31,670 nucleotides of DNA from a virus (lineage: Duplodnaviria > Caudoviricetes): positions 1 through 31,670 of IMG/VR virus record IMGVR_UViG_3300044976_000013; one strand, written 5' to 3'. A program made the translations under genes and the position numbers. Under the pieces are notes generated by a model that did no database searches, was not told the origin of the DNA, and saw only the letters and a list, made by a program, of their open reading frames with translations. This document shows, piece by piece, positions 9,516 to 18,958 of the stretch (its first letter is position 1; the number at the start of each line of letters is the position of its first letter).

Positions 9516-11546
9516 CTACTTGTGGAACCGAGTGCGAATCGGCTCCGTGTCGATGCCGAATCCGAACAGCGAGGTCTTCGCTGAGGCGCTGCCGTAGGCG
9601 TAGACCTTCACCGCGTGGGCGTTGGTCGTTTGCCCTACCTTGGCTTCGATGAAGTTGGTGTTGTCGGCGTCGTGCGTCCCGTCGTTTGTCGTGACCGATG
9701 TGTCATCGAAATCCAGAGCCACGTCCACCGTAGTGACCTGGGAAGTCGCACCCCGGACGAGCGCCCACGCGCGCCGGAGTCGCCTCTCCATGTGGGCCAT
9801 GCCGAACTGGAACCACGCTGTCCCGTAGTTCCACCCGATTGCATTAGTATGTGTGCTACCATCAGATGCTTCAAAGTCATCGTCCGTCCAAACCTCGTTC
9901 CCTGGGTCGTCCTTGTACTGGAAGACGCATGGGTACTGCGTCGCCGTGCCCGAGATGGGCGCAGAGAACCATAGGCGGCTCGTGCCCCGCAGCTCCCCGA
10001 CGGCCATGTCCAGCGACTGGAGGTCCGTCAGCCAGAAGCTCTGGAGGCGGGGGTCGTAGACGAGCGTGTTGAAGCTGCCGAGGGCGTCCTGGTTCGGGAG
10101 CGAAATCCAGATGCGACCGTCGTGCGCGACCATCGACGGCTTCCAGTTCTCGTCGTCGTCGGTGCCCGCACCAGCCGCTACCATCTCGTCGATGGCGTTC
10201 TTCATGTACTTTCGAATCTTCTCCATGCCGGGCGCAGTCTCCATCGACGTGCCGTCGGTCATCGTGAGAACACCCTCACGACCGAGCATGTAGCAGATGC
10301 CGTTCAGCACGCAGATTGCCTGCGGGCCGATGGCTCCGTAGTCGCCGAGCTTGCGGACCGTCCAGGTCTGCTCGTTCGTACCGGCCAGCACGTAGGACTG
10401 CCAGCGCCCGGCGATGATGAGGTAGTTGTCGAGCGACTGGAGCGCGCGGATGGCGTCTCCCTTCCCGCTGAAGGGGATGGTCAGCCAGCCTCCGCCGTCG
10501 CCGTCTACGTCGTCAACCGGAGCCCAGTCAGCAGCGCGCCAGTCCAGGTCGGCGATGAGCGAGTCCTTCTCCGCCCGCGCTGGGGCGCTGTACTGGAGCC
10601 GCGCCCAGTTGTCGGCGTCGTCGTGGCGAACCCACAGGCGGTTGCCGTGGTACGCGCCCACGACTCCCTTGCCGGGCAGGGGCATGTATGCCCAGTCCGA
10701 CGTGACCTCGCCGTCCTCGTCCTTGATGTTGCGGAGACGCACCTTCTTCCAGTACGTGCCTGGAGAGCCCGACCCGTCGAAGGGCTTGTTGGTGCTGTCT
10801 GAGTCGTGGCTCTTGATGCACTCGAACGACTTCCAGTACGTCGCCCCCGTGGTGTCCTTTCGGCTGACGCGTTCGCCCTTGCTGTACCGCTGCCCGGTCT
10901 CCCAGGTCTTGTAGCGGATGTCGCGCAGGGCCGAGTAGTACTGGCCGCTGTAGAGCGCCTTCGTCCCCTTCTTGAACGCGTGGTCCCGCCCGTACTGCGA
11001 CGCGGGCGTTACGCTTCCGCCAACTCCGTCCACCCACGTCTTGCTATTGGGCGTCGTCGGGTCGCTGTTCCACCCATCCGTTGGGTGCCAGCTGTAGATG
11101 ACCTCTCCGCGCGTGCCGCCATAGTAGGTACCCTCGACGATGGCGTACCAGTGTTCGGTGTTCGCCTTCGCCCACGAGCGCCCAGCGGTGTCGATGCGGG
11201 TGAACGTGTCGTTCTTCAGGTCGTACGCGTAAATCTTGATGTTGTTCGCAGACGCATTGGTCCCGTTTGTCAGGATGGCGATGAGATAGCGCTTGCGCGT
11301 ACCGGAGTCGATGACCTCGTAGTAGTTCAGGTGCCGAATCCAGTACCCGTTCTGACCCGAGAGGCGACCTGCCGACAGCCGTGCGCTTCCGTTCCGCATC
11401 CGCAGCTCGTTGCCCCACGGCTCGGCAAGCAGGTTGTACACGTCGGCCGACGCGTTCATCGGCGTGCCAGCCGGTAGGGCATCAGGAGCAAAGCCACCCG
11501 ACAGGTCGGACAGCTCGATGCGGTTGGGAGCGATTTCGATGGGCAT
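9516..11546 (-). CDS. Tail nozzle / tail tubular protein B (P22 gp10 / T7 gp12-like beta-propeller)
   Basis: 676 aa and beta-rich. N-terminal DLSGGF...ADVYNL...LRMRNG; internal HGNRLW...LQYS and YGAIGPQAI. Position fits. Confidence 0.8.
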   Translation of the reverse strand: MPIEIAPNRIELSDLSGGFAPDALPAGTPMNASADVYNLLAEPWGNELRMRNGSARLSAGRLSGQNGYWIRHLNYYEVIDSGTRKRYLIAILTNGTNASANNIKIYAYDLKNDTFTRIDTAGRSWAKANTEHWYAIVEGTYYGGTRGEVIYSWHPTDGWNSDPTTPNSKTWVDGVGGSVTPASQYGRDHAFKKGTKALYSGQYYSALRDIRYKTWETGQRYSKGERVSRKDTTGATYWKSFECIKSHDSDSTNKPFDGSGSPGTYWKKVRLRNIKDEDGEVTSDWAYMPLPGKGVVGAYHGNRLWVRHDDADNWARLQYSAPARAEKDSLIADLDWRAADWAPVDDVDGDGGGWLTIPFSGKGDAIRALQSLDNYLIIAGRWQSYVLAGTNEQTWTVRKLGDYGAIGPQAICVLNGICYMLGREGVLTMTDGTSMETAPGMEKIRKYMKNAIDEMVAAGAGTDDDENWKPSMVAHDGRIWISLPNQDALGSFNTLVYDPRLQSFWLTDLQSLDMAVGELRGTSRLWFSAPISGTATQYPCVFQYKDDPGNEVWTDDDFEASDGSTHTNAIGWNYGTAWFQFGMAHMERRLRRAWALVRGATSQVTTVDVALDFDDTSVTTNDGTHDADNTNFIEAKVGQTTNAHAVKVYAYGSASAKTSLFGFGIDTEPIRTRFHK
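9846..9874 (-). promoter_or_regulatory. Candidate internal sigma70-like promoter within the nozzle gene
   Basis: TTGAAG-N17-CATACT inside an abrupt patch of A/T-ending codons. Confidence 0.4.
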
Positions 11547-11888
11547 TTAGGCGGCGTACTTCTCGCCTGTAACCTCAATCGTCACGACGTTGGTGACTGA
11601 CGCGAGCCCCGACATGAAGTCGGTGGTCGTGTACTTGTCGCCAGCGGGGTAGTACATGTCGTACACGTCCGTCGCCGCGATGCTCTTGGACTTCAGGATT
11701 TCGGTGCCACCCGCGCTGCCGCCGGTCGCGCCCTTGTAGAGCGTGACGGTGCGTGCCGACGCGTCCGTGTTCACCAGGTGGATGTGACGCACGAGGTGGT
11801 AGGTGTTCGCCGACGGGTTCACACCCGAGACGTTGGCGGCCGCGTTCGTGAGATACGCGGGACCGGCAACCAGTGGTGTTCCTGGCAT
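11547..11888 (-). CDS. Small beta-rich virion protein
   Basis: Strong RBS AAGGAGG, GC3-biased codons, located in the tail module. Confidence 0.72.
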   Translation of the reverse strand: MPGTPLVAGPAYLTNAAANVSGVNPSANTYHLVRHIHLVNTDASARTVTLYKGATGGSAGGTEILKSKSIAATDVYDMYYPAGDKYTTTDFMSGLASVTNVVTIEVTGEKYAA

Positions 11889-11906
11889 TGTGACTCCTCC
11901 TTCTCT

Positions 11907-12719
11907 CTATCCCCAGACCCCATAGCGGTCCACGGGACGTTCGTTGTACAGGTACGTAGTGGCAAGATTCCAACCAGATTCCGAGGTTCCAGCTCCAACC
12001 GTCGTGTCAGAGGTGTCGTCGTACGTGTTTGTCTCAGCGGCGGTGAGCACCTTGCCGTTCTTGACCTCGACGTAGCCGTACATCCCGACCACGCTTGTCG
12101 CCCACGAGGCGCTGACGCTGTTGTCGCCGCCCCCGCCGCCTCCCTGATGCTGCCCTTCCAGCGAGACGTTCACGCCACCGCCCGGGGAGGTCTGTGAGTC
12201 AGACAGCTCCGTCCAGCCCGCGCGAGGGGTGGTCACCTCGCCCTTTCGGTGCGCCCAGAAGACGTGGCGCGCGTTACTGGGGTCGGCCGGTGCCCCGATG
12301 GAAGCTGATGGTGCAGTGCTCGCGGCGAACGTCGCGCCGCCGGACGCCACGTACGGGGTGGTTGTGTCGAGCGTGCTCGCCGCTGCCGCGTAGCCGTGAA
12401 CCACGACCCACGCCTCGGTGGTCGCGGCGTCGATGGTCACCGTAGTGGCGGTCGCGGTCCCCGACGCCACTGGTCCCGCCGTGAAGATGGCGAAGCCTTC
12501 GTGCGTGTCGGCTGAGTTGACGCTTACCCGCAGAGTCCAGGTCTGGCCGTTCCCGGCGCAGGTCCACGCCGCCGCGTTGTACACGTTCGTCGCGTGAGAG
12601 GCGTAGACCACGCAGATAAGGAAGTCGTTCGTCGCCGGGGTGTGCGAGCCTGACGCCGGAGTGGTGCCCGACGTGGTGCGCGTCATGGCTCCTCGGACCG
12701 TAGGCGCGAGGATGCTCAT
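11907..12719 (-). CDS. Minor tail / receptor-binding-type beta-sandwich protein
   Basis: Thr/Ala/Ser-rich; TAATG coupling with the upstream gene. Confidence 0.7.
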   Translation of the reverse strand: MSILAPTVRGAMTRTTSGTTPASGSHTPATNDFLICVVYASHATNVYNAAAWTCAGNGQTWTLRVSVNSADTHEGFAIFTAGPVASGTATATTVTIDAATTEAWVVVHGYAAAASTLDTTTPYVASGGATFAASTAPSASIGAPADPSNARHVFWAHRKGEVTTPRAGWTELSDSQTSPGGGVNVSLEGQHQGGGGGGDNSVSASWATSVVGMYGYVEVKNGKVLTAAETNTYDDTSDTTVGAGTSESGWNLATTYLYNERPVDRYGVWG

Positions 12720-13762
12720 TAGGTCGCCCTCACGAAATAGGCGTTCGTGCTGACAGTGTACCCGAGAGTGCCCGTTACGCCGTTGAGCGCCGACGAGGGG
12801 CTGATGCAGGTCCAGGTGTTGCCGTCGATGACGATGGTATCACCGGGGGAGGGGGTGATTCCCGTGTATGACGACAGCCCCAGAATCTCCGGCTTCATCA
12901 GGCCGCGAAGCGAGCCATAGGTTTGCGCGGCGCTGGCCGCGTGAGCGAGCGCGATGCGCTGTACCAGCATCTTTCCACTTCCGACCCATCGGTTCAGCGT
13001 CGTATAGGTTTCCGTGGTGTTATGTGTCGGGAAGTTCCAGCTCGTCGCCGTAGTTCCCCACATCGTAGCGCCTCCGGCGCTGGCCGTGACGCCAGGGAGT
13101 CGGCTGAACGAGCCGGAGGACGACGTGATGGCGCACAGGGGCATGACCTCTGTGTCGGTACCAGAGATGAGGCTGTCGAACACCCCGCCGAAGTAGGACG
13201 CAAACGAGGTTCCAATCTTCGTGGTGATGATGATGAAGTTGTGGTCAATCTTCATCCAGTACGCAGCGCCGCCCGCAGCGTTGGTCATCGTCGGCGTGTA
13301 GTCAACCTTCGAAATGCTCGTCGCTACCTGGTACGTCTCGCTGAACGTGAAGTTGGTAGCGTCGGGCGTGGTTCCGGTGACTGGCACCGGGCAGCCGCGC
13401 CGGAACTTCGCGCGGTCCGCGTCGGCCGGGAAGTCTGCGATGCTCTTGTAGTCCTCGGCGATGATGAAGCCGGAAGCGACGCCGTTCGTACCCGACGTGT
13501 TGCCGCCGAGCGCGAAGTAGAAGTCTACGCCAGCGGAGTTGGCCGACGTGCCCGTGCCCTTGCACTTGTACACGTCGAACGTGACGTTGGCGGAGCCTGA
13601 CTGGCCTGCGCCGGTACCGGCCGGGATGTTCTCGACGAACACCCAGTTCTCCAGGCCCGCCCCGCCGATGTTGGCGTTGATGCGGGCTGACAGTGTGGTG
13701 GCCGTGGTCTTGGGTACCCAGAAGTTGGCGACGGGTACGATGGTCCCTGCTTCGTACGACAC
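12719..13762 (-). CDS. Minor tail protein
   Basis: Gly/Thr/Ser-rich beta protein; GTG start overlaps the upstream stop (TAGTG). Confidence 0.7.
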   Translation of the reverse strand: MSYEAGTIVPVANFWVPKTTATTLSARINANIGGAGLENWVFVENIPAGTGAGQSGSANVTFDVYKCKGTGTSANSAGVDFYFALGGNTSGTNGVASGFIIAEDYKSIADFPADADRAKFRRGCPVPVTGTTPDATNFTFSETYQVATSISKVDYTPTMTNAAGGAAYWMKIDHNFIIITTKIGTSFASYFGGVFDSLISGTDTEVMPLCAITSSSGSFSRLPGVTASAGGATMWGTTATSWNFPTHNTTETYTTLNRWVGSGKMLVQRIALAHAASAAQTYGSLRGLMKPEILGLSSYTGITPSPGDTIVIDGNTWTCISPSSALNGVTGTLGYTVSTNAYFVRAT

Positions 13763-15363
13763 TACTTCACCACCTTCATGAATAGTCCGACCGGGCCGTT
13801 GCCGTTGGAGCCGGACAGGTGCACGGTCATCACATCACCGGCCGCCCAATCCTGCGTGTCGGGCTCCCGCGCGGTCCCTGAGGTACTGGCCGCTGCTGGG
13901 ATGTCGGGCTTCGTGGCGCTCGGGAAGACGCTGACTCCGTTCTTCTTGATGTCCACCGTGATGGCGGAGTTGCGCACCGAGTCGTTGTAGGCCCGGTAGC
14001 TCACGATTCGGCAGGGAGCCATCAGCACCCGGCTCGGGAAGACCTGCCCGTCGGTCAGCGTGTACGGGAACGTGAACGTCCACTCGTCGGTGTTGGTGTC
14101 GGTACCCTGCACCGGCATCGTCAGGAAGCGGTCGTCGGCCTCCTCATAGTACGCGCCCGACGGCATGCCCGTCCCGCCGCTGCCACCCGCGCCAGGCGCG
14201 CCGTCGGCTCCGGTCGCTCCGGTTGGCCCAGCCGGGCCGGGGAAGACGATGGTGTCGGCTTCCTCGAAGTAGATGAACCCTGGGACGCCTGCGGCCCCCG
14301 CAGCGCCCGCCGACCCCGTAGCGCCGGTCGAGCCCTTGACACCCACCAGGTTCCAGCGCTGGTCACCCAGGTTGTAAATGAGGAGGACGGTGCCCCCTGG
14401 GCCGATTGACAGGTCTGCTGCGTCAGAGAAGTAGAAGCGGTTGGCGGCGGTTGAGCTGCCGCTTTCGTGCTTCAGTACGATGTTCTGCGACGCGCCCTTC
14501 GGGTTCTGGAACCCAAAGATGGTGCCCTGCGAGAACGGCCCGCTAGCGCCCGTTAGGTCGAGGCCCGTGATGTTACGGTCCGCGCCGGACGGGACGACGT
14601 TGATGCCGGACGCGGAGTCCATGTTGACGACATGGTAGTTGTTCTGGTCGGCGACCAGCGTGTCGCTCAGCCAGTCGAACAGGGAGAACGACCCGTCGAT
14701 TTCCGTCACGCCGGACGGGTACAGGTTTGCCCCGCCGTCGCCCGTGCTGGAGTGCGTGTGGTCGATGACCGACCCGGAGCCGGTCGAGGTGCCACCGGCC
14801 GGAATCCACATCCCGAAGTTCTCGGGGTCCTCCGCCGGAAAGGCCGGAGCCCCTGGGTCGCCCTTGTCGCCCTTGTCGCCCTTGACGCCGGGCGGGGCCA
14901 CGAAGTTGGCGGCCTCGTCCTGCTGCCAGGCCAGGAAGTCGCCGGGGGGCTTCCATCCGCGCCGGGGACCGCGACCTCCGGCCTCGGTCGGGATGTCGTC
15001 GGCAATCCACTTGGCGGCCGTGAGGTCGTAGGTCAGGACCTGCCCGTCACCAGGAGCGTCGGCGCTGTCGCTGTCGCCGTGCGCCGCGTCGAGGATGTTG
15101 TGCACCTCGTCGTGGTGGTCGTCGGCCGATACGCCCTCCAGCTCGTCGTGGTCCATGCTGATGTTGACCGACGTGTCGGGCACTTCACTGCCGCTGCCCC
15201 GGTCAATCTCGACCCCGAGTAGCTCGTAGAGCTTGTCCACGTCCTGAGCGAGCAGATTGAACTTCCGGGCGAACTCGCGTGCCCCGCCCGACAGATGGTC
15301 TGCGTTGGCCTGCGAGCCCCGGATGATGTCTTCAAGCACCTTCCGTAGCTTGCGGTCATCCAT
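13762..15363 (-). CDS. Tail fibre protein with collagen-like segments
   Basis: N-terminal coiled coil, GQVLTYD..KW fibre motif, Gly-X-Y runs and a C-terminal ITVDIKKNG...AAGD domain. Confidence 0.78.
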   Translation of the reverse strand: MDDRKLRKVLEDIIRGSQANADHLSGGAREFARKFNLLAQDVDKLYELLGVEIDRGSGSEVPDTSVNISMDHDELEGVSADDHHDEVHNILDAAHGDSDSADAPGDGQVLTYDLTAAKWIADDIPTEAGGRGPRRGWKPPGDFLAWQQDEAANFVAPPGVKGDKGDKGDPGAPAFPAEDPENFGMWIPAGGTSTGSGSVIDHTHSSTGDGGANLYPSGVTEIDGSFSLFDWLSDTLVADQNNYHVVNMDSASGINVVPSGADRNITGLDLTGASGPFSQGTIFGFQNPKGASQNIVLKHESGSSTAANRFYFSDAADLSIGPGGTVLLIYNLGDQRWNLVGVKGSTGATGSAGAAGAAGVPGFIYFEEADTIVFPGPAGPTGATGADGAPGAGGSGGTGMPSGAYYEEADDRFLTMPVQGTDTNTDEWTFTFPYTLTDGQVFPSRVLMAPCRIVSYRAYNDSVRNSAITVDIKKNGVSVFPSATKPDIPAAASTSGTAREPDTQDWAAGDVMTVHLSGSNGNGPVGLFMKVVK

Positions 15364-16284
15364 CTACAGGTCCCTCAGAAGTCCGGTGTTCAGGTTGTAC
15401 GGGAGCGCCTTGGCGCTGACGCGACGGCGGGCGTACGGGTAGTTGTAGTCCGGGTCGCCGTGCACGTAGTCGATGGCACCTTCGAACTCGATGATGGCGC
15501 GAAATACAGAGGAGCTGGGGGTTGAGACCCCTGTCCACGTCCGCGTCGTCGTGCTCGCCGGGTAACTCGCCCCGGCGGCAAGCAGCTCGTAAGCCGACGC
15601 CCAGCCGGTGTCGTGAGACCCATCGGCGTTCAGCCGAAAGTCGTCGTCCAGCTCAGTCGGCCCCGTCCAAGCCACCGAGACAGCGGTCAGGTCCGTGAAG
15701 TTCCAGTCGCCAGCGGTCACGTAGTACAGAAGCGTGTCTCCTGTGTAGTACGGCGCTGTCAGGGGGTACACTCCGGCCTGGGGTGACGCGCCACCCAGAC
15801 TCACGCTGTTGTCCGTATCTGTGTTGTCGGGGGGAACGTAGGCGTTGGTCACCGTTTCGCCCGACACCGGGCGGACCGCGATACCGCCAGCGATGCGGAT
15901 GTAGCCCTGTCCGCCCGTCACGTTCGTCAGCTCCACCTGTGCGATGATGTCACCTGAGGAGCCAAAGTCAATGAGGTCCTGCGCGGTCACTGCGTGATAG
16001 AAGACCCACCAGTATCCGTCGAAGGTGTTCTGCTGAAACGTGCCCGCCTCGGTCCACTGCCCGGCAGCGCCCCCGAGGTCGTGCAGGACGCGCGCCATGT
16101 TGGTGAAGGTCGCGTCGATGGTCGGCGTTCCTAGGTTGCTTCCCACGGATGCCGCGAAGACGAGCACATCTCCAACGGCCCATGTCGAGGTCGGCGTGAA
16201 GTACGCCTCGGCTGTGTCGAGGTTGCTCATCAGCGCCAGGTTTCCGCCCGGCGCTGGGCTCGCTCCCACCTTCGTGAGGGCCAT
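15364..16284 (-). CDS. Minor tail protein (beta-sandwich)
   Basis: Acidic, aromatic-rich beta protein in the tail module. Confidence 0.7.
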   Translation of the reverse strand: MALTKVGASPAPGGNLALMSNLDTAEAYFTPTSTWAVGDVLVFAASVGSNLGTPTIDATFTNMARVLHDLGGAAGQWTEAGTFQQNTFDGYWWVFYHAVTAQDLIDFGSSGDIIAQVELTNVTGGQGYIRIAGGIAVRPVSGETVTNAYVPPDNTDTDNSVSLGGASPQAGVYPLTAPYYTGDTLLYYVTAGDWNFTDLTAVSVAWTGPTELDDDFRLNADGSHDTGWASAYELLAAGASYPASTTTRTWTGVSTPSSSVFRAIIEFEGAIDYVHGDPDYNYPYARRRVSAKALPYNLNTGLLRDL

Positions 16285-16287
16285 GGA

Positions 16288-17025
16288 TTATCCCAGCTGG
16301 CCGGTGCGGAACAGCGGGTCCATGGTGCTGGCCCAGCGCCCGCGCAGCGGCTGACGCCGACCCCACGCGACAATCTCGTCGGTGTTGAACGACTTGTAGT
16401 CGAGGCGTGCCTGCTCCAGCACCTTAGCGTAGACACCGAACTGCTCGCTCGCCTTCTGGCTGATGGCCTGCTCCTTCAGGAACAGCTTGCCAGCGGCCCA
16501 GGCGGGGATGGCGTCCTGGTACTCCTCGGGAATCATCGGCTCGTCGTTGGCCGCCGCCAGGTCGATGGGGACCGCCATGTACAGCGCCTCCACGTTGTAG
16601 TCCTGGTCCGGCGTCGGGATGACCTTCGCCGTGTAGATGATGGGCGGGGAGTTGTCGTCATTCTGGTTCGAGCGCGCGATGTAGTACCACTGTGGGATGC
16701 CTGTCGCGGCCGAGTTCTGGTGGCGCAGCGCGAAGCCCTCGCGCGCGTCCACGCGCTGTAGGATGCGCGGCCCCGGCAGCGAGTCGCTGTCAATGGACAG
16801 GTTGAACACGCGCGACGCCGAGATGTTGCTCGGCAGCGCCAGCTCTGGGTCGTCGCCGTCGAGGGCCGAGGACCACTCCGTGAGCAGGAACGGCCACTTC
16901 TCCTCGAAGGCGAACCGGCGGATGGCCTCGTTGATAGCGCGGTCCACCTCGGCGTCGGTGAAGAAGTCGGCTGACAGCTCGCCGACGCGCTCGCGTACTT
17001 CCGTGCGGATGGTCGTGAGGTTCAT
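16288..17025 (-). CDS. Head-tail adaptor / tail tubular protein A
   Basis: Likely start MNLTTIRTEV (TAATG overlap at 17025). Motifs FFTDAEVDRAINEA...KWPFL, GIPQWY, PTPDQDY and PMIPEEYQDAI. Confidence 0.82.
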   Translation of the reverse strand: MNLTTIRTEVRERVGELSADFFTDAEVDRAINEAIRRFAFEEKWPFLLTEWSSALDGDDPELALPSNISASRVFNLSIDSDSLPGPRILQRVDAREGFALRHQNSAATGIPQWYYIARSNQNDDNSPPIIYTAKVIPTPDQDYNVEALYMAVPIDLAAANDEPMIPEEYQDAIPAWAAGKLFLKEQAISQKASEQFGVYAKVLEQARLDYKSFNTDEIVAWGRRQPLRGRWASTMDPLFRTGQLG

Positions 17026-17720
17026 TAGTAGGCCGTCACTTCCGCGAATCGAACCGTGAACGAGGCAATCCACACGCCCGTTGCGGGCACGGTGGCCCGA
17101 ATCGACAGGCCCTCGTTCGCTACGAGATGGATGGGGTAGGCGTTCTGGTCGGGAACAGCGGGGCTGGGGTACAGCGGAACCGCGCCGGGGTAGCCGACGC
17201 TGATGGCTGCCGAGGTCATCGCGCCCAGCTCTGTCTCGCCTCCGGCGACCGCGACGCCTGTCGTGGTGTTACCACGGATGGCACGGAACGGCTGCGTCGC
17301 GAGTGTCTTCGTTCCAGCACCCAGCGCCGCCGTGGTGGCGATGCGTACCGTCGCAGTCGGTGCCGCGAAGGACGTGCGCAGCTTCTCGGGGGTTTGCGTA
17401 CCACCGCCCGTGCCGTCCACCGTCCAGTTGGTGGACTTGATGACATCGAACAGATAGGAGCCTGCGGCGAACGCCGTGGTGGCGACGAAGCTCTCCAGCA
17501 CCACATCGTACACGAGCACGGCGTTACCGCCCGTGTAGCGGAGCTGAACAATCTCGCTCAGAGCCCCAGCACCGGCCGCAACTGAGCCCGTCACGCCGTG
17601 GAACACGTACTGCCCGAGGGCTCCAACGTCGTCGGGCTTCACGATGACGTGAAGACCCTTCTGGGCCTCCGCGCCTACGCCCGCGAGCGCGGCAGAAACT
17701 CCACCTTCAAGAACGGCCAT
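17025..17720 (-). CDS. Putative virion structural protein
   Basis: 231-aa Ala/Thr/Gly-rich beta protein in the structural operon. Confidence 0.68.
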   Translation of the reverse strand: MAVLEGGVSAALAGVGAEAQKGLHVIVKPDDVGALGQYVFHGVTGSVAAGAGALSEIVQLRYTGGNAVLVYDVVLESFVATTAFAAGSYLFDVIKSTNWTVDGTGGGTQTPEKLRTSFAAPTATVRIATTAALGAGTKTLATQPFRAIRGNTTTGVAVAGGETELGAMTSAAISVGYPGAVPLYPSPAVPDQNAYPIHLVANEGLSIRATVPATGVWIASFTVRFAEVTAY

Positions 17721-17729
17721 GATTTCCCC

Positions 17730-18737
17730 TTACGCGCTGACTAGGTACGCAAACTTGTAGTTGCCACGGACGCGGTACTTGGACTCCCAGTAGCAGTCGA
17801 TGTTCGTCGTGCTGGTCGTCTTTCCCGTCACGCTGATAACATCCATTTCGGCTTCGTCGGCCCGGGTGCCCTTGCCGGTGTACGAGCCGTTTGCCTGCAC
17901 AATGTCAACATGCTTACCGCTCGTGAGGCCGGAGGTGGTGATGGAGAACTTCCCGTTGCGTCGCGCGGTCGGCGCGCTGCCGAGCGAGACCTCAACCTCG
18001 GTGAAGGTGGGGGGCGCGGCTGCTGGGGTTACTGCCGGGCTTGGCGGGATAGGCATGCCGTACGGGGTGTCGTCCGCGTCAGCTGCGCCGTAGGCGGGCG
18101 GGGGAGGCACCGGAGTAGCGTTTGTACCGGCGGGCCCGTCCGCGCCGTTGACTCCGGCTGGACCTGGGATAAGGAAGGTCGCGCCGTCCTCGCCGTCCGC
18201 GCCCGGGAACGGGATACTCGCGCCGGGCGTACCGGCCGCGCCGTCTACTCCCGGCGTACCAGCAGCACCAGGGACGATGAACGTGAGCCCATCGTCGCCG
18301 TCGTTGCCGGGCCAGGGCGGAGAAGCCGGGCCAGTCGCGCCGGTCGCCCCGTCCACCCCGCTGGTCCCGTCTCGGCCTGGAATAAGGAACGACAGCCCGT
18401 CCTCGCCGTCCGCGCCCGGGAAGGGGATGGACGCGCCGGGCGCACCGGCTGCGCCGTCCACTCCGCTGGTGCCCGGAGTCCCGGGGATGAACATGCCCGG
18501 GTCGCCGTCCTCGGCCGGGAAGGCCGGGATGCCACGCTCGCCCTGCGGCCCCGTGGAGCCGGGTCCGCCACCGCCGCCGTAATAGGACAGGCCGCTCCAG
18601 GCGGTCACGCCGTCGCCGAACTTCAGCTTGGCGGTGTCGGTCTCGATGCCCAGCTCGCCGTTGGCGAGCACCGGGTCCTCCGAGGTCCACGCAGCGGCGG
18701 TGCCTCGGCGGAACTGGATGGGGGGAATGTGGGTCAT
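17730..18737 (-). CDS. Collagen-like fibre protein with an Mtd-N/hyaluronidase-type N-terminal domain
   Basis: IQFRRGTAAAWTSEDPVLANGELGIETDTAKLKFGDGVTAWSGLSY followed by interrupted Gly-X-Y repeats. Confidence 0.85.
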   Translation of the reverse strand: MTHIPPIQFRRGTAAAWTSEDPVLANGELGIETDTAKLKFGDGVTAWSGLSYYGGGGGPGSTGPQGERGIPAFPAEDGDPGMFIPGTPGTSGVDGAAGAPGASIPFPGADGEDGLSFLIPGRDGTSGVDGATGATGPASPPWPGNDGDDGLTFIVPGAAGTPGVDGAAGTPGASIPFPGADGEDGATFLIPGPAGVNGADGPAGTNATPVPPPPAYGAADADDTPYGMPIPPSPAVTPAAAPPTFTEVEVSLGSAPTARRNGKFSITTSGLTSGKHVDIVQANGSYTGKGTRADEAEMDVISVTGKTTSTTNIDCYWESKYRVRGNYKFAYLVSA

Positions 18738-18958
18738 GGTCCGGGCGTCTCCGCGTAGTCACCCCCGACGGTCTCCACCACGGGCGGGGAGAGCGGGCCG
18801 CCGTAGCTGGCCCCTCCGCCCTCGGCCATGAACTTCACCGTGAGCTGAAAGAGGTAGAAGGCCACAACGTCCTTCTCCAGTGGCTTGAACAGCATGAGCT
18901 TGTCGTTGTCGTACGACGCCACAAGCTCCTTCTGGTCGTCCCAAATCGCAATCCGCAT
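18734..18958 (-). CDS. Small hypothetical protein (74 aa)
   Basis: Likely start MRIAIWDD with a TGATG overlap to the upstream stop; its own stop overlaps the next ATG. Confidence 0.62.
   Translation of the reverse strand: MRIAIWDDQKELVASYDNDKLMLFKPLEKDVVAFYLFQLTVKFMAEGGGASYGGPLSPPVVETVGGDYAETPGP

Noticed and set aside
17730-18737. Diversity-generating retroelement suggested by the Mtd-N domain
   Set aside because: No reverse transcriptase or TR/VR pair seen in the window; Mtd-N is a common anchor domain.
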